Shown one piece after another: positions 28,318 to 37,728 of a DNA stretch of 64,000 bases. Positions within the stretch are counted from its first letter, which is position 1, and the number at the start of each line of letters is the position of its first letter. A program made the translations under genes and the position numbers. A model generated the notes under the pieces. It did no database searches, was not told where the DNA came from, and was given only the letters and a program-made list of their open reading frames with translations. This DNA comes from an uncultured Acidobacteriota bacterium (GTDB taxonomy: Bacteria; Acidobacteriota; Vicinamibacteria; Vicinamibacterales; JAFNAJ01), in contig CAVONI010000012.1 of the NCBI GenBank assembly GCA_963697285.1, positions 383,548-447,547 of the forward strand. The letters run 5' to 3'.

Positions 28318-29456
28318 GCGAACAGGTGTCGGGCGATGACGAGGCGCTGGATCTCGCTCGTCCCTTCGCCGATGGTCATGAGCTTGACGTCCCGGTAGAA
28401 CTTCTCGGCGGGATAGTCCTTCGTGAAGCCGTAGCCCCCATGGATCTGCACGCACTCCTCCGAGGCGCGCACCGCCATCTCGCTCGAGAAGAGCTTCGCC
28501 ATCGACGACTCGCGCGTGGTCCGCACCACGCCCTGGTCCTTGAGATAGGCCGCACGGTACGTCAGCAGGCGGCCGGCCTCGATGCGCGTCGCCATGTCGG
28601 CAAGCTTCCACTGGATGGCCTGGAACGAGGCGATCGGCTGGCCGAACTGGCGGCGCTGGGTCGCGTACCGCTTCGCGGCCTCGTAGGCGCCTTGCGCGAG
28701 CCCCACCGAGAGGGCAGCGATGCCGGTCCGCCCGGCGTCGAGCACCTGCATGGCATTGATGAAACCCTGGCCGGGTTCGCCGAGCAGGGCGTCGGCAGGC
28801 AGGCGGCAGTCCTGGAACACGACTTCCGAGGTGTCGCTCGCGCGCAAGCCGAGCTTGTTCTCCTTCTTGCCGGGAGACATGCCGGGTGTGCCGCGCGGAA
28901 TCACGAACGCCGAGATGCCCCGGTTGCCCTTGCCCCGGTCGGTGACCGCCATGGCCACCATCACGCCGCCGACGCTGCCGTGCGTCGTGAACGTCTTGGC
29001 ACCGTTGAGCACCCAGTCGTCGCCGTCGCGCACGGCCCTCGTCTGGGTCCCTGCGGCATCGCTGCCCGCGGTCGGTTCAGTCAGCCCCCAGGCCCCGAGG
29101 TACTCGCCCCTGGCCAGTGGGACCAGGAAGCGCTGCCGCTGGGCCTCGGTCCCGAACATGTAGATGTGCGCCGCGCCGAGGCCGTTGTGGGCGGCCACCA
29201 GGAGGGCGATCGACGGATCGACGCGGGCGATTTCCTCGATGCAGATGCAGTAGTCGACGGCCGACATCGCCGCGCCGCCGTATGCCTCGGGAAACTGGAT
29301 CCCCAGCAGGCCCAGTGCGGCCAGCTTGGGAATCAGCACGTGCGGGAAGACCTGGGCCTCGTCCCACTCCATGACGTGGGGACCGATTTCAGCCTCCGCG
29401 AACGCGCGGACGGTCTGCCTGAGCACCTGCTGTTCGTCAGTGGGTCGGAAGTCCAT
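28314..29456 (-). CDS. Acyl-CoA dehydrogenase
   Basis: 380 aa from ATG 29456. Contains [29 protein letters not shown] and the catalytic-base region [16 protein letters not shown]. Confidence 0.9.
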   Translation of the reverse strand: MDFRPTDEQQVLRQTVRAFAEAEIGPHVMEWDEAQVFPHVLIPKLAALGLLGIQFPEAYGGAAMSAVDYCICIEEIARVDPSIALLVAAHNGLGAAHIYMFGTEAQRQRFLVPLARGEYLGAWGLTEPTAGSDAAGTQTRAVRDGDDWVLNGAKTFTTHGSVGGVMVAMAVTDRGKGNRGISAFVIPRGTPGMSPGKKENKLGLRASDTSEVVFQDCRLPADALLGEPGQGFINAMQVLDAGRTGIAALSVGLAQGAYEAAKRYATQRRQFGQPIASFQAIQWKLADMATRIEAGRLLTYRAAYLKDQGVVRTTRESSMAKLFSSEMAVRASEECVQIHGGYGFTKDYPAEKFYRDVKLMTIGEGTSEIQRLVIARHLFA

Positions 29457-29606
29457 GGCCGCAGCCGCCAACTGTAGCACGGGTGTCCGAGGGCGGCGCC
29501 CCCTGCCTCCCGCGTCCTCGCGACGCTCGCGGCGGGCCCCGGGGGGCCGCAAACAGAGCGTGTCGAACCGCCGGGTAGCCGCCAGGCGTCTTACGGTGTT
29601 AGACTG

Positions 29607-29632
29607 GTGAACACTGTTCGACTTGTGAACAC
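29607..29632. promoter_or_regulatory. Candidate TetR operator in the divergent promoter region
   Basis: The palindrome GAACA-C-TGTTC lies at 29609-29619. It sits within the first of two direct GTGAACAC repeats (29607 and 29625), 50-75 nt upstream of the tetR ATG. Confidence 0.35.
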
Positions 29633-29683
29633 ACCATCGACCCCAGCCTCGGGGTTCAGCCCACACCGACGACCGGAAGACAC

Positions 29684-30400
29684 ATGGGAATCAAGGAACG
29701 TCACGAGCGGGAGCGCGAAACCGTCAGGCAGGCCATCCTCGACGCGGCCCGCGACCTGTTCGTCACCGAGGGGTACCAGCACGTCTCGATCCGCAAGATT
29801 GCCGAGCGCATCGAATACAGCCCCGCCGCCATCTACAGTTATTTCGAAGGCAAGGACGACATCTTCTTCGCGCTGGCCGAAGACGGATTCCGCCTGATGC
29901 ACGGCATGGCCGTCGGAGCCGCCCCACCGGGGGCGCCGGCGATTGACACCCTGCGCAGCATCCTGCTCTCGCTGTTCCACTTCAGCCAGCAGCACCCCGA
30001 GCACTACAACCTCATGTTCATCGACCGCTCGGTGCCCCGCATTCGTGCGCATTACGAGCGCTTCCGGTTCCTCGTCGAGATGAAACAAACCGCCGCCCTC
30101 GTCGTCGATCGGTGTATCGCCGAAGGTGCCCTGCCCGCGGGACTCGACGGCATGTCGGTGTTCCGCGTGCTCGTCGCCGCCGTGCATGGAGCGTCAGCCG
30201 TCTCGGTGTGCGACCGCCTCGGACCCGGCGAATCGGCCGAGGCCCTGGCGCGGGATGCCGTCTCACTTGCCCTCCGTGGGTTGGCCGCCGGAGAACCCCT
30301 GACGTTCCAGGCGTGTTCTCCGCCGCAGTGTCTGTCCAGCGACGACCTGCCAGCCGTTGCGTCGTCTGTCACGACGTCACCTTCGGAGGTGACCACATGA
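29684..30400 (+). CDS. TetR/AcrR-family transcriptional regulator
   Basis: 238 aa with an N-terminal helix-turn-helix ([37 protein letters not shown]). It lies upstream of efflux genes. Confidence 0.85.
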   Translation: MGIKERHERERETVRQAILDAARDLFVTEGYQHVSIRKIAERIEYSPAAIYSYFEGKDDIFFALAEDGFRLMHGMAVGAAPPGAPAIDTLRSILLSLFHFSQQHPEHYNLMFIDRSVPRIRAHYERFRFLVEMKQTAALVVDRCIAEGALPAGLDGMSVFRVLVAAVHGASAVSVCDRLGPGESAEALARDAVSLALRGLAAGEPLTFQACSPPQCLSSDDLPAVASSVTTSPSEVTT

Positions 30401-30417
30401 ATCCCGTAACCCTCACC

Positions 30418-30453
30418 TCTTTCATCTTCTTCATCTCTTTCGTCTCTTTCATC
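30418..30453 (+). repeat. Four tandem 9-nt pyrimidine-rich repeats (TCTTTCATC / TTCTTCATC / TCTTTCGTC / TCTTTCATC)
   Basis: Read directly from the sequence. The repeats lie in the 92-nt tetR-adaptor spacer and are far more T-rich than the surrounding DNA. Confidence 0.85.
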
Positions 30454-30492
30454 TCGTCCGCGTTCGCCCGGCGCCATCGCCAGGAGCCTCAC

Positions 30493-31740
30493 ATGTCACG
30501 CCCCCGTCGTCGTCTCCCTTCGGTCGGTTCTTCAGCGCTGTTGGCGTTCGCCGTCGGGGTGCTGCCTTTGGCGGCCGCCGGCTGCAGCACCGCGTCGAGC
30601 CAGGCCAACGAAGCCCCCGCACCGGCGCCGGCGATTGCCGTGCAGACCGTGACGGTGGTCAGCGAGCCGATCACACGGACCGTGCGGGTCACGGGGTCGC
30701 TGATTGCCGACGAGCAAGCCGAGGTGTCGGCCGAGGTCAACGGGCGCATCGTGAGCACCCCTGTCGAGCTCGGCACGCGCGTCGCCGCCGGTGCGCCGCT
30801 CGTGGTGATCTCGCGCGAGCAGGCGTCGGCCCAGATGGCCGAGGCGCAGGCCAACGCCGCGCAGTCGGCCGCCGCGCTCGGCATCGTGAACGGAGCAGGC
30901 TTCGACCCCGAGAAGGTGCCCGACGTCGCCAACGCCAAGGCCGAGTGGGAACTCGCCGAGGCCGACCACGCGCGCATGCGATCACTGCTCGACCAGAAGG
31001 TGGTCTCGCAGGCCGAGTACGATCAGCGTCGCACACGGGTGGAGGCGGCCCGGCAGCAATACGAGGCGTCGAAGAACGCGGCGCAGCAGCGATACCAGGC
31101 GCTCGCCGCGGCCAACGCCCGCATCGGGCTGGCGCAGAAGGCGCTGAACGACACCACGGTGCGGGCCCCGTTCGCTGGCATCGTGGCCGAGCGTCGCGTC
31201 AGCGTGGGCGACTTCGTGACCACAGGCACACGGGTCGTCACGGTCGTCAGATCGAACCCGCTGCGCATGGCCCTGACCGTTCCAGAGCAACTCGTCTCGC
31301 GGATTGCCGTCGGCCAACCGGTCCGCATCACGGTTGATGCGTATCCCAACCGCACCTTCGAAGGAACGGTGCGATACATCGCGCCGGCCCTCCGCGCCGA
31401 GCAGCGGTCGCTCACGGTCGAGGCCATCGTGCCCAATCCGGAGGGCCAACTGAAGCCCGGCTTCTTCGCGACCGCCGAAGTGTCGCAATCCGCAGAGGAG
31501 CCCGCGCTGCTGGTGTCGCAACAGGCGGTGAGAACCGTCTCAGGCACGCGCCGCGTCTTCGTCGTCACCGGTGACCGCGTCGAGGAGCGCATCGTGAAGA
31601 CGGGGCAGATCGTCGGCGATCGCATCGAGATCGTCGAGGGCGTCGCCAAGGGTGACGTGGTGGCCGTATCGACCGATGTCCGGCTGACCGACGGGGCGCG
31701 CGTCACCGCGTCGAACTCCCCGAAGGCCGCCACGCACTGA
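30493..31740 (+). CDS. Efflux RND periplasmic adaptor subunit (membrane fusion protein), lipoprotein
   Basis: ATG 30493 lies 7 nt after AGGAG. The signal peptide carries a lipobox (LPLAAAGC). A coiled-coil hairpin region and a beta-barrel domain follow (VRAPFAGIVAERRVSVGDFV). Confidence 0.85.
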   Translation: MSRPRRRLPSVGSSALLAFAVGVLPLAAAGCSTASSQANEAPAPAPAIAVQTVTVVSEPITRTVRVTGSLIADEQAEVSAEVNGRIVSTPVELGTRVAAGAPLVVISREQASAQMAEAQANAAQSAAALGIVNGAGFDPEKVPDVANAKAEWELAEADHARMRSLLDQKVVSQAEYDQRRTRVEAARQQYEASKNAAQQRYQALAAANARIGLAQKALNDTTVRAPFAGIVAERRVSVGDFVTTGTRVVTVVRSNPLRMALTVPEQLVSRIAVGQPVRITVDAYPNRTFEGTVRYIAPALRAEQRSLTVEAIVPNPEGQLKPGFFATAEVSQSAEEPALLVSQQAVRTVSGTRRVFVVTGDRVEERIVKTGQIVGDRIEIVEGVAKGDVVAVSTDVRLTDGARVTASNSPKAATH

Positions 31741-31778
31741 CACCCGTCGCCTCGTCCTGATTCCCTGGAGTTCTTGTC

Positions 31779-34700
31779 ATGCAGTGGCTCGCCAGCCTCT
31801 CCGTCAAGCGTCCCGTGTTCGCGTCGGTGCTCATCCTGACGCTCACGGTCATCGGCGGTTTCTCGTTTTTTCAACTCGGCGTCGACCGGTTCCCCAAGGT
31901 CGACTTCCCCACCATCCTCGTCACCACGCGCCAGGCCGGTGCGTCACCGGAACAGATCGAGACCGAGATCACCGACAAGATCGAAGAGGCGGTGAACACG
32001 GTCAGCGGCATCGACGAGCTGCGCTCGGTGTCGTCCGAGGGCGTATCGACGGTCATCGTCTCGTTCGTCCTCGAGAAGAACGTCGATATTGCCGCGCAGG
32101 AAGTGCGCGACCGCATCAACCGCGTGTTGCCCCTGTTGCCGACCACCGTCGATCAGCCGACCATCGAGAAACTCGATCCCGACGCGGCCCCGGTGCTCAC
32201 GCTCGCCGTGACCTCGGCCAAGCCGATACGCGACGTGACGGAGTTCGCCGACAAGACGCTCCGCCGACAGCTCGAGAGCCTGAACGGCGTTGGCCAGGTG
32301 CTCGTCGTGGGCGGGCGCGGCCGTCAGATCAACCTGTGGCTGGATGCCGCCCGGTTGCAGGCCTACAACCTCACCGTGAGCGAGGTGGCGCGTGCGCTCA
32401 ACGCGCAGAACGCCGAAGTCCCTGGCGGTCGCGTCGAGCAGGGCCCCGAGACTCTCACGCTGCGCACGCTGGGACGCGTGACATCGGTCGAGGACTTCGG
32501 ACGAATCGTCGTCCGCCAGAGCGGCGACCACCCCATCATGGTGAGCGACGTCGCCCGGGTGGACGACGGCATGGCCGAAGCGGCGTCGCTGGCGAACGTG
32601 AACGGCGAGGGCACCGTCATCCTGCAGTTGCGGAAGCAGTCGGGCACCAACACCGTCGAAGTGGTGAACCGGGTCAAGGAACGGCTCGAGGAGCTTCGCG
32701 CGACCCTGCCGCCCGGCTACGCCGTGCGCGTCGTGCGCGATCAATCGGAGTTCATCGAAGCGTCGATCAAGACGGTCGAGGAACACCTCGTGATCGGGTC
32801 GGTGCTGGCAGCACTCGTCGTCCTGCTCTTCCTGGGCAGCCTGCGCTCGACGGTGATCGCGGCGGTGGCCATCCCGACGTCGATCATCGCGGCGTTCGGC
32901 CTCATCAACTTCATGGGGTTCACGCTGAACTCGATGACCATGCTGGCGCTGACCCTGGCGGTGGGCATCGTGATCGACGACGCGATCGTCGTGCTCGAGA
33001 ACATCTGGCGGTACATCGACGAGAAGGGATATCCCCCGTTCCAGGCCGCCATCGAGGCGACGCGCGAAATCGGGCTGGCGGTCATGGCGACGACGCTGTC
33101 GCTGATGGCGATCTTCGTGCCGGTGGGCTTCATGGGCGGCATCGTTGGCCGCTTCATGAAGTCGTTCGGCCTGACGATGGCGTTTGCGATCGCGGTGTCG
33201 CTGCTCGTGGCCTTCACGCTGACACCGATGATGTCGGCGAGGCTGCTTCGCCGCACCCCCCGCAAGGACGAAGACGACACACGTCCGACGGGCCGCGCCC
33301 CCGGCGAGCACGGCAAGAGCGGCTTCTTCGCACCCATTGATGCCATGTATGCGCGCACGCTCGAGTGGGCGCTTGGGCACACGCGCACCGTCGCGGCAGG
33401 TGCGGTGCTGGTGCTGCTCTCGACGGGTCCCCTGTTCGTCCTGGCGAACAAGACATTCATTCCCGACGACGACCAGTCGGAGTTCGAGATCAACGTCCGC
33501 GCGCCCGAAGGCACGAGCCTCGACAAGACCGCGCTGCTGGTCACGCGGATCGCCTCGCGGGTCCGTGAGCGCTTTCCGGCCGAAGTCGCCTACACCCTGA
33601 CGACGGCCGCCGACGATCCCGCGCGCACGCCGAACGCGGCCACCATCTACGTCCGCCTGAAGTCACTCGACGAACGCACGCGCGATCAGTTCGCGGTGAT
33701 GTCGGCAGTCCGCACGTCGGTCTTGCCCGAGTTCACAGACTTGAAACTGCGCACCGCCGTCCGGCCGGTGGCGACCATCGGCGGCGGCGGCAACCAGAAC
33801 GCGGCGATTCAGTACCTGATCAAGGGCCCGGACCTGAACGTCCTGCAGGACGCCGGGCGCAAGGTGGCCGCGGCGGCCGCGGGGATCCCGGGGCTCGTGG
33901 ACATCGACACGTCGATGAACCTGGGCAAGCCGGAGGTTTCGGTGCGCCTCGATCGCATGAAGGCCGCCGACCTCGGCGTACCCCTGGCCGACGCGGCGAA
34001 CGCGTTGCGCCTGCTCGTCGGAGGCGATCAGGTCACGACCTACAACGAGGGTGGTGAGCAGTACCAGGTGCACCTGCGCGCAGACGCGCCCGACCGGACG
34101 ACCACGGCGGCGATTGCCGGGCTCACGGTGCCGTCGTCGCGGCTCGGTGCGGTCGCCCTCGAAAACGTGGCCCAGTTCGACGACGGCACGGCGCCCGCCG
34201 AGATCAACCGCCTCGGCCGCCAGCGCCAGGTGTCGATCTTCGCCAACCTGATGCCGGGCTCGTCGCAGACGACGCCGATGGCGGCGATCCAGGCGGAGTT
34301 CGCCAAGCTGGGACTCGACCCGTCCTACCAGGCCGGGTTCTCGGGCCGGTCGAAGGAACTCGGACGCGCCGCGCGCAACTTCGTCCTGGCGTTCGTGCTG
34401 TCGCTGATCTTCATGTACCTGATCCTGGCGGCGCAGTTCGAGTCGTGGCTCCACCCGGTGACGATCCTGCTCGCGCTGCCGCTCACGCTGCCGTTCGCGT
34501 TGCTGTCGATCATCGTCACGCAGCAATCGCTGAACATCTTCTCGGCCCTCGGCCTGCTCGTGCTGTTCGGCGTCGTGAAGAAGAACTCGATTCTGCAGAT
34601 AGACCACGCGATCCAGCTGCGGGCGCACGGGCTCGATCGGCACGAGGCCGTCGTCCGGGCGAGCCGCGACCGACTGCGTCCCATCCTCATGACCACGATG

Positions 34701-36524
34701 GCGTTCGTGGCGGGCATGATCCCGCTGGTGCTGTCGAGCGGCGTCGGATCGGGCACCAATCGCGCGATCGGCTTCGTCATCATCGGTGGACAGACGCTGG
34801 TGCTGTTGCTCACGCTGGTGGTGACACCGGTCGCGTACGTGCTCTTCGACGAATTGACCGAGTGGCGGCGCCGGGCATGGCAGCGGGTGCGGGCGACGCG
34901 CACGGGCAAGGTCGCCGTGGCGACCGCCACCGTGCTGCTGATCCTGCTCGGCGGCGCGTTCGCCGCCCGGGCGCTCGCGCAGGACGTGCCGGCCGCTGAA
35001 GTGCGCCTGACGCTCGACGAGGCCGTTCGCCTTGCCCTGCAGCACAATCCCGACGTGGTCGTGGCCCGTCTCGAACCCGAGGTCGGCGCTACGCGCGTCA
35101 AGCAGGCGCGTGGGGCGTTTGCACCGGTGCTTGCGGCCACGTTCGGTCGGTCGAGCGCGACCCAGCCGCCGAGCAACTTCCTGAGCGGGCCCAATGGCTC
35201 GACCAGCGACGACTGGTTCGGCTCGACCGGCGTCCGCGAGCGCCTTCCTTTTGGAGGCGGCACGTGGGGCGTCACGTGGGATGCGGGGCGCACGGAGAGC
35301 GACAGCATCATCTCGACGTTCAGCCCGGCGCTATCGTCGGGGTTGCAGGCCGCGTTCTCGCAGCCGCTGCTCCGCGACCTGAAGATCGACGCCGCGCGGC
35401 AGCAACTGCTGATCACGAAGCGGAACCGCGAACTCAGCGACGTGCGCTTTCGCGAGGTCGTCGCCCAGACGACGTCCGATGTGAAGCGTGCGTACTGGGA
35501 TCTCGTGGCGGCCAGAGCCAACGTCGAGGTGCAGCAGCAATCGCTGACGCTCGCCGCAGAGCTGGCCCGCATCAACAAGGCGCGTGTCGATGTCGGGCAG
35601 GCGCCACCGCTCGATCTCGTGTCGGCCGAGGCAGAGGTCGCACAACGGCGCGAGCAGGTCATCGTTGCGGTCTTCCTCGCGCGCGACGTCGAAGACCGGC
35701 TCCGCGCCTTGATCATGGATCCAGGCGATGCCAGCGCCTGGACCACCCGCCTGCTTCCCGTCGACAGGCCCGACGTGGGCGCCCCGCTTCCCGACGTCGA
35801 TCTCGCGGTGCAGGCGACACTCTCGGCACGCGCCGACATCGTTCGCGCGCAGACGGAAGCTGAGATCGCAGGCACGAACGTCGAGTTCCTGAAGAACCAG
35901 CGCCTGCCCGACCTGCGCCTCGAGGCGAGTTACCGGGCGGCGGGCCTGGGCGGCGACCGGTTGATCCGGGAGGGTGGCTTCCCGGGAACGGTCGTGGGCT
36001 CGGTGCCCGGCTCCTTCAGCGACGTCCTCGCGCAAGTGCGCAGCCGCGACTACCCGACGTGGACGCTTGGCGTGACCCTGAGCTACCCCCTGGGCGGCGG
36101 CTACGAGGATGCGACGTATGCCCGCGCGAAACTCGAGCAGCGGCAGGCCACGGCCCGTGTCGATGCGGTGCAGATCAGGGCCGAGCGAGAGGTACGGCAA
36201 GCCGCGCGGCAGATCGAATCGGCTCGACAGCGCGTCGAGACCTCGCACGCGGCCAGCGGGTTGGCCGAACAGCGCCTCGACGCCGAACAGAAGCGCTACG
36301 AGGTCGGAATGTCGACCAGCTTTCTCGTCGTCCAGGCACAGCGTGACCTCGCGCAGGCGAAGACAAACGAACTTCGGGCCATGCTCGATGCACAGAACGC
36401 CACGGTGAACTTCGAGGCGCTGCAACTCGCGCCGGCGTCAGGGCAGAACGGGTCGATCGTGGTGAGCGGGAACACCGTGCTGAACGTTCCGGTCGGCGTT
36501 CCGAGAGGAATGTCGCGTCCGTAG
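31779..36524 (+). CDS. RND efflux permease (AcrB-like) continuous in frame with a TolC-like outer membrane factor module
   Basis: 1581-codon ORF. The N-terminus MQWLASLSVKRPVFASVLIL and the 12-TM RND architecture extend to about codon 1035. TolC/OEP-type sequence then follows (LTLDEAVRLALQHNPDVVVARLE...). No stop codon lies between the two parts. Confidence 0.8.
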   Translation: MQWLASLSVKRPVFASVLILTLTVIGGFSFFQLGVDRFPKVDFPTILVTTRQAGASPEQIETEITDKIEEAVNTVSGIDELRSVSSEGVSTVIVSFVLEKNVDIAAQEVRDRINRVLPLLPTTVDQPTIEKLDPDAAPVLTLAVTSAKPIRDVTEFADKTLRRQLESLNGVGQVLVVGGRGRQINLWLDAARLQAYNLTVSEVARALNAQNAEVPGGRVEQGPETLTLRTLGRVTSVEDFGRIVVRQSGDHPIMVSDVARVDDGMAEAASLANVNGEGTVILQLRKQSGTNTVEVVNRVKERLEELRATLPPGYAVRVVRDQSEFIEASIKTVEEHLVIGSVLAALVVLLFLGSLRSTVIAAVAIPTSIIAAFGLINFMGFTLNSMTMLALTLAVGIVIDDAIVVLENIWRYIDEKGYPPFQAAIEATREIGLAVMATTLSLMAIFVPVGFMGGIVGRFMKSFGLTMAFAIAVSLLVAFTLTPMMSARLLRRTPRKDEDDTRPTGRAPGEHGKSGFFAPIDAMYARTLEWALGHTRTVAAGAVLVLLSTGPLFVLANKTFIPDDDQSEFEINVRAPEGTSLDKTALLVTRIASRVRERFPAEVAYTLTTAADDPARTPNAATIYVRLKSLDERTRDQFAVMSAVRTSVLPEFTDLKLRTAVRPVATIGGGGNQNAAIQYLIKGPDLNVLQDAGRKVAAAAAGIPGLVDIDTSMNLGKPEVSVRLDRMKAADLGVPLADAANALRLLVGGDQVTTYNEGGEQYQVHLRADAPDRTTTAAIAGLTVPSSRLGAVALENVAQFDDGTAPAEINRLGRQRQVSIFANLMPGSSQTTPMAAIQAEFAKLGLDPSYQAGFSGRSKELGRAARNFVLAFVLSLIFMYLILAAQFESWLHPVTILLALPLTLPFALLSIIVTQQSLNIFSALGLLVLFGVVKKNSILQIDHAIQLRAHGLDRHEAVVRASRDRLRPILMTTMAFVAGMIPLVLSSGVGSGTNRAIGFVIIGGQTLVLLLTLVVTPVAYVLFDELTEWRRRAWQRVRATRTGKVAVATATVLLILLGGAFAARALAQDVPAAEVRLTLDEAVRLALQHNPDVVVARLEPEVGATRVKQARGAFAPVLAATFGRSSATQPPSNFLSGPNGSTSDDWFGSTGVRERLPFGGGTWGVTWDAGRTESDSIISTFSPALSSGLQAAFSQPLLRDLKIDAARQQLLITKRNRELSDVRFREVVAQTTSDVKRAYWDLVAARANVEVQQQSLTLAAELARINKARVDVGQAPPLDLVSAEAEVAQRREQVIVAVFLARDVEDRLRALIMDPGDASAWTTRLLPVDRPDVGAPLPDVDLAVQATLSARADIVRAQTEAEIAGTNVEFLKNQRLPDLRLEASYRAAGLGGDRLIREGGFPGTVVGSVPGSFSDVLAQVRSRDYPTWTLGVTLSYPLGGGYEDATYARAKLEQRQATARVDAVQIRAEREVRQAARQIESARQRVETSHAASGLAEQRLDAEQKRYEVGMSTSFLVVQAQRDLAQAKTNELRAMLDAQNATVNFEALQLAPASGQNGSIVVSGNTVLNVPVGVPRGMSRP
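34887..36524 (+). CDS. TolC-family outer membrane efflux protein module; possible independent translation from the internal GTG
   Basis: The in-frame GTG at 34887 opens VRATRTGKVAVATATVLLILLGGAFAARALA|QD, a signal-peptide-like sequence with an AxA motif. Two OEP repeats follow. No strong Shine-Dalgarno sequence is seen. Confidence 0.45.
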   Translation: MRATRTGKVAVATATVLLILLGGAFAARALAQDVPAAEVRLTLDEAVRLALQHNPDVVVARLEPEVGATRVKQARGAFAPVLAATFGRSSATQPPSNFLSGPNGSTSDDWFGSTGVRERLPFGGGTWGVTWDAGRTESDSIISTFSPALSSGLQAAFSQPLLRDLKIDAARQQLLITKRNRELSDVRFREVVAQTTSDVKRAYWDLVAARANVEVQQQSLTLAAELARINKARVDVGQAPPLDLVSAEAEVAQRREQVIVAVFLARDVEDRLRALIMDPGDASAWTTRLLPVDRPDVGAPLPDVDLAVQATLSARADIVRAQTEAEIAGTNVEFLKNQRLPDLRLEASYRAAGLGGDRLIREGGFPGTVVGSVPGSFSDVLAQVRSRDYPTWTLGVTLSYPLGGGYEDATYARAKLEQRQATARVDAVQIRAEREVRQAARQIESARQRVETSHAASGLAEQRLDAEQKRYEVGMSTSFLVVQAQRDLAQAKTNELRAMLDAQNATVNFEALQLAPASGQNGSIVVSGNTVLNVPVGVPRGMSRP

Positions 36525-36530
36525 GTCGCC

Positions 36531-36552
36531 CCGGCGCGCACGGCGCGCCCGG
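36531..36552. terminator. GC hairpin between convergent genes (possible bidirectional terminator)
   Basis: ggcgcgc-acg-gcgcgcc forms a 7-bp stem in the 48-nt gap between the stops at 36524 (+) and 36573 (-). There is no U-tract. Confidence 0.35.
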
Positions 36553-36572
36553 CGAAGGCCGGACGCCCGCGA

Positions 36573-37079
36573 TCAGAACTTGAGGTTGACGCCCGCGTAG
36601 AGCCGCTGGGGCTTCTGGGCGAGCGCATCGCCCTGCAGCACGAACACGCGATAGTCGATGCGCAGCTGGAGCGGCCCGGCGAGGGCGATCTTCACGCCGC
36701 CGCCGATGTTCGTCGCCAGGCTGGTCTGGCTCACGTCGAGCAGCGTCTCGCGATACACGCCCGCGCCGGCGATCCCGTAGAACGTCAGCCCGCTGATCGG
36801 GATGGGATTCTGCACGAACGCGTTCGCCATGAACGTCCGCAGTTGCGGCGCGACGTCTTCGGGCGACTCGTGCGTCGACGCGTACTCGCCCTCGAAGCCG
36901 AACGCGACGAACGTGACGCCCGCCGATGCGCCGACCACCGCTCGCGATTCCGGCGATCCGTTCACGCCGAGAAACGCGGTGACGTCCGCGCGGGCGGCGG
37001 CCGGAGCCGCAATCAAGATTGCCGCGGCGAGCAGACGCGCACGCCATCCCTGCGCCATCATGTCGAGCCCTTCAATCAT
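36573..37079 (-). CDS. Small outer-membrane beta-barrel protein (OmpA-like/OmpW-like 8-strand type)
   Basis: Signal peptide ...LLAAAILIAAPAAARA|DV, alternating-hydrophobicity strands and a C-terminal ...YAGVNLKF ending in Phe. ATG 37079 overlaps the upstream stop as ATGA. Confidence 0.65.
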   Translation of the reverse strand: MIEGLDMMAQGWRARLLAAAILIAAPAAARADVTAFLGVNGSPESRAVVGASAGVTFVAFGFEGEYASTHESPEDVAPQLRTFMANAFVQNPIPISGLTFYGIAGAGVYRETLLDVSQTSLATNIGGGVKIALAGPLQLRIDYRVFVLQGDALAQKPQRLYAGVNLKF

Positions 37080-37714
37080 TTCGGCGCCGCCGGGACCACC
37101 GTCGGCGGAGCAAGCGCGGGGAGCAGCGGCGTCAGCGTCAGCACGTGGCGAGGCCCGGCGTAGGCGGCCGCGAACCTGCGATGGAGGTCGGGGGCGTCGA
37201 CCGGGAAGGCCTTGTAGATCATCTCGAGGATGAACGTCCCGGAGTAATCGGCGTCGGCCACGACGGGATCGATGACGAACAGGTACAGGGCATTGACGCC
37301 ACCGGGGGCGCCTTCGGCGGCCTTGACGACCTTCCAGCCCGCCACCCACGACTTCTGCGTCGCGTCGCCGACGGCCGCAACCGCCTCGAAGAACTTCGCC
37401 ATCACCAACTCGAAGTCGGCCGCCGCCGCTGGCAGGATCGGGTGGAACACGATTCCGGCCGCGCCCGCAATCTTCAGCGTGGCAGGCGGGATGGGTTCTG
37501 TCGTCGGTGCGACGCCCGAAGGCGCGGTGCCGGGTGGCTGCTCTGAAGGTGCCGACTGCGAAGGCGGTGGTGGCTGCGGGGCCCCTGCCGCCTGGGGCGC
37601 CGCAGGGTTCGCCGTCGGGGTCGGCGGAGGAGGCTGCGCACCCGCCTCACCGGTCCCCGTCGCGATGGCGAGGGCCGCTGCGGCAGATCGGGCAACGCCA
37701 AGGAAGGTGCGCAT
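37076..37714 (-). CDS. Secreted hypothetical protein, paralog A (signal peptide, Pro-rich linker, about 130-aa conserved domain)
   Basis: Begins MRTFLGVARSAAAALAIATGTGEAGA|Q, followed by a PPPPTPT...PP linker. The domain shares G.G..FH, DF..MAK, V.P.V.DADYS and Y.AFP blocks with the upstream gene product. Confidence 0.55.
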   Translation of the reverse strand: MRTFLGVARSAAAALAIATGTGEAGAQPPPPTPTANPAAPQAAGAPQPPPPSQSAPSEQPPGTAPSGVAPTTEPIPPATLKIAGAAGIVFHPILPAAAADFELVMAKFFEAVAAVGDATQKSWVAGWKVVKAAEGAPGGVNALYLFVIDPVVADADYSGTFILEMIYKAFPVDAPDLHRRFAAAYAGPRHVLTLTPLLPALAPPTVVPAAPK

Positions 37715-37728
37715 GCGGAGATGTGCGT

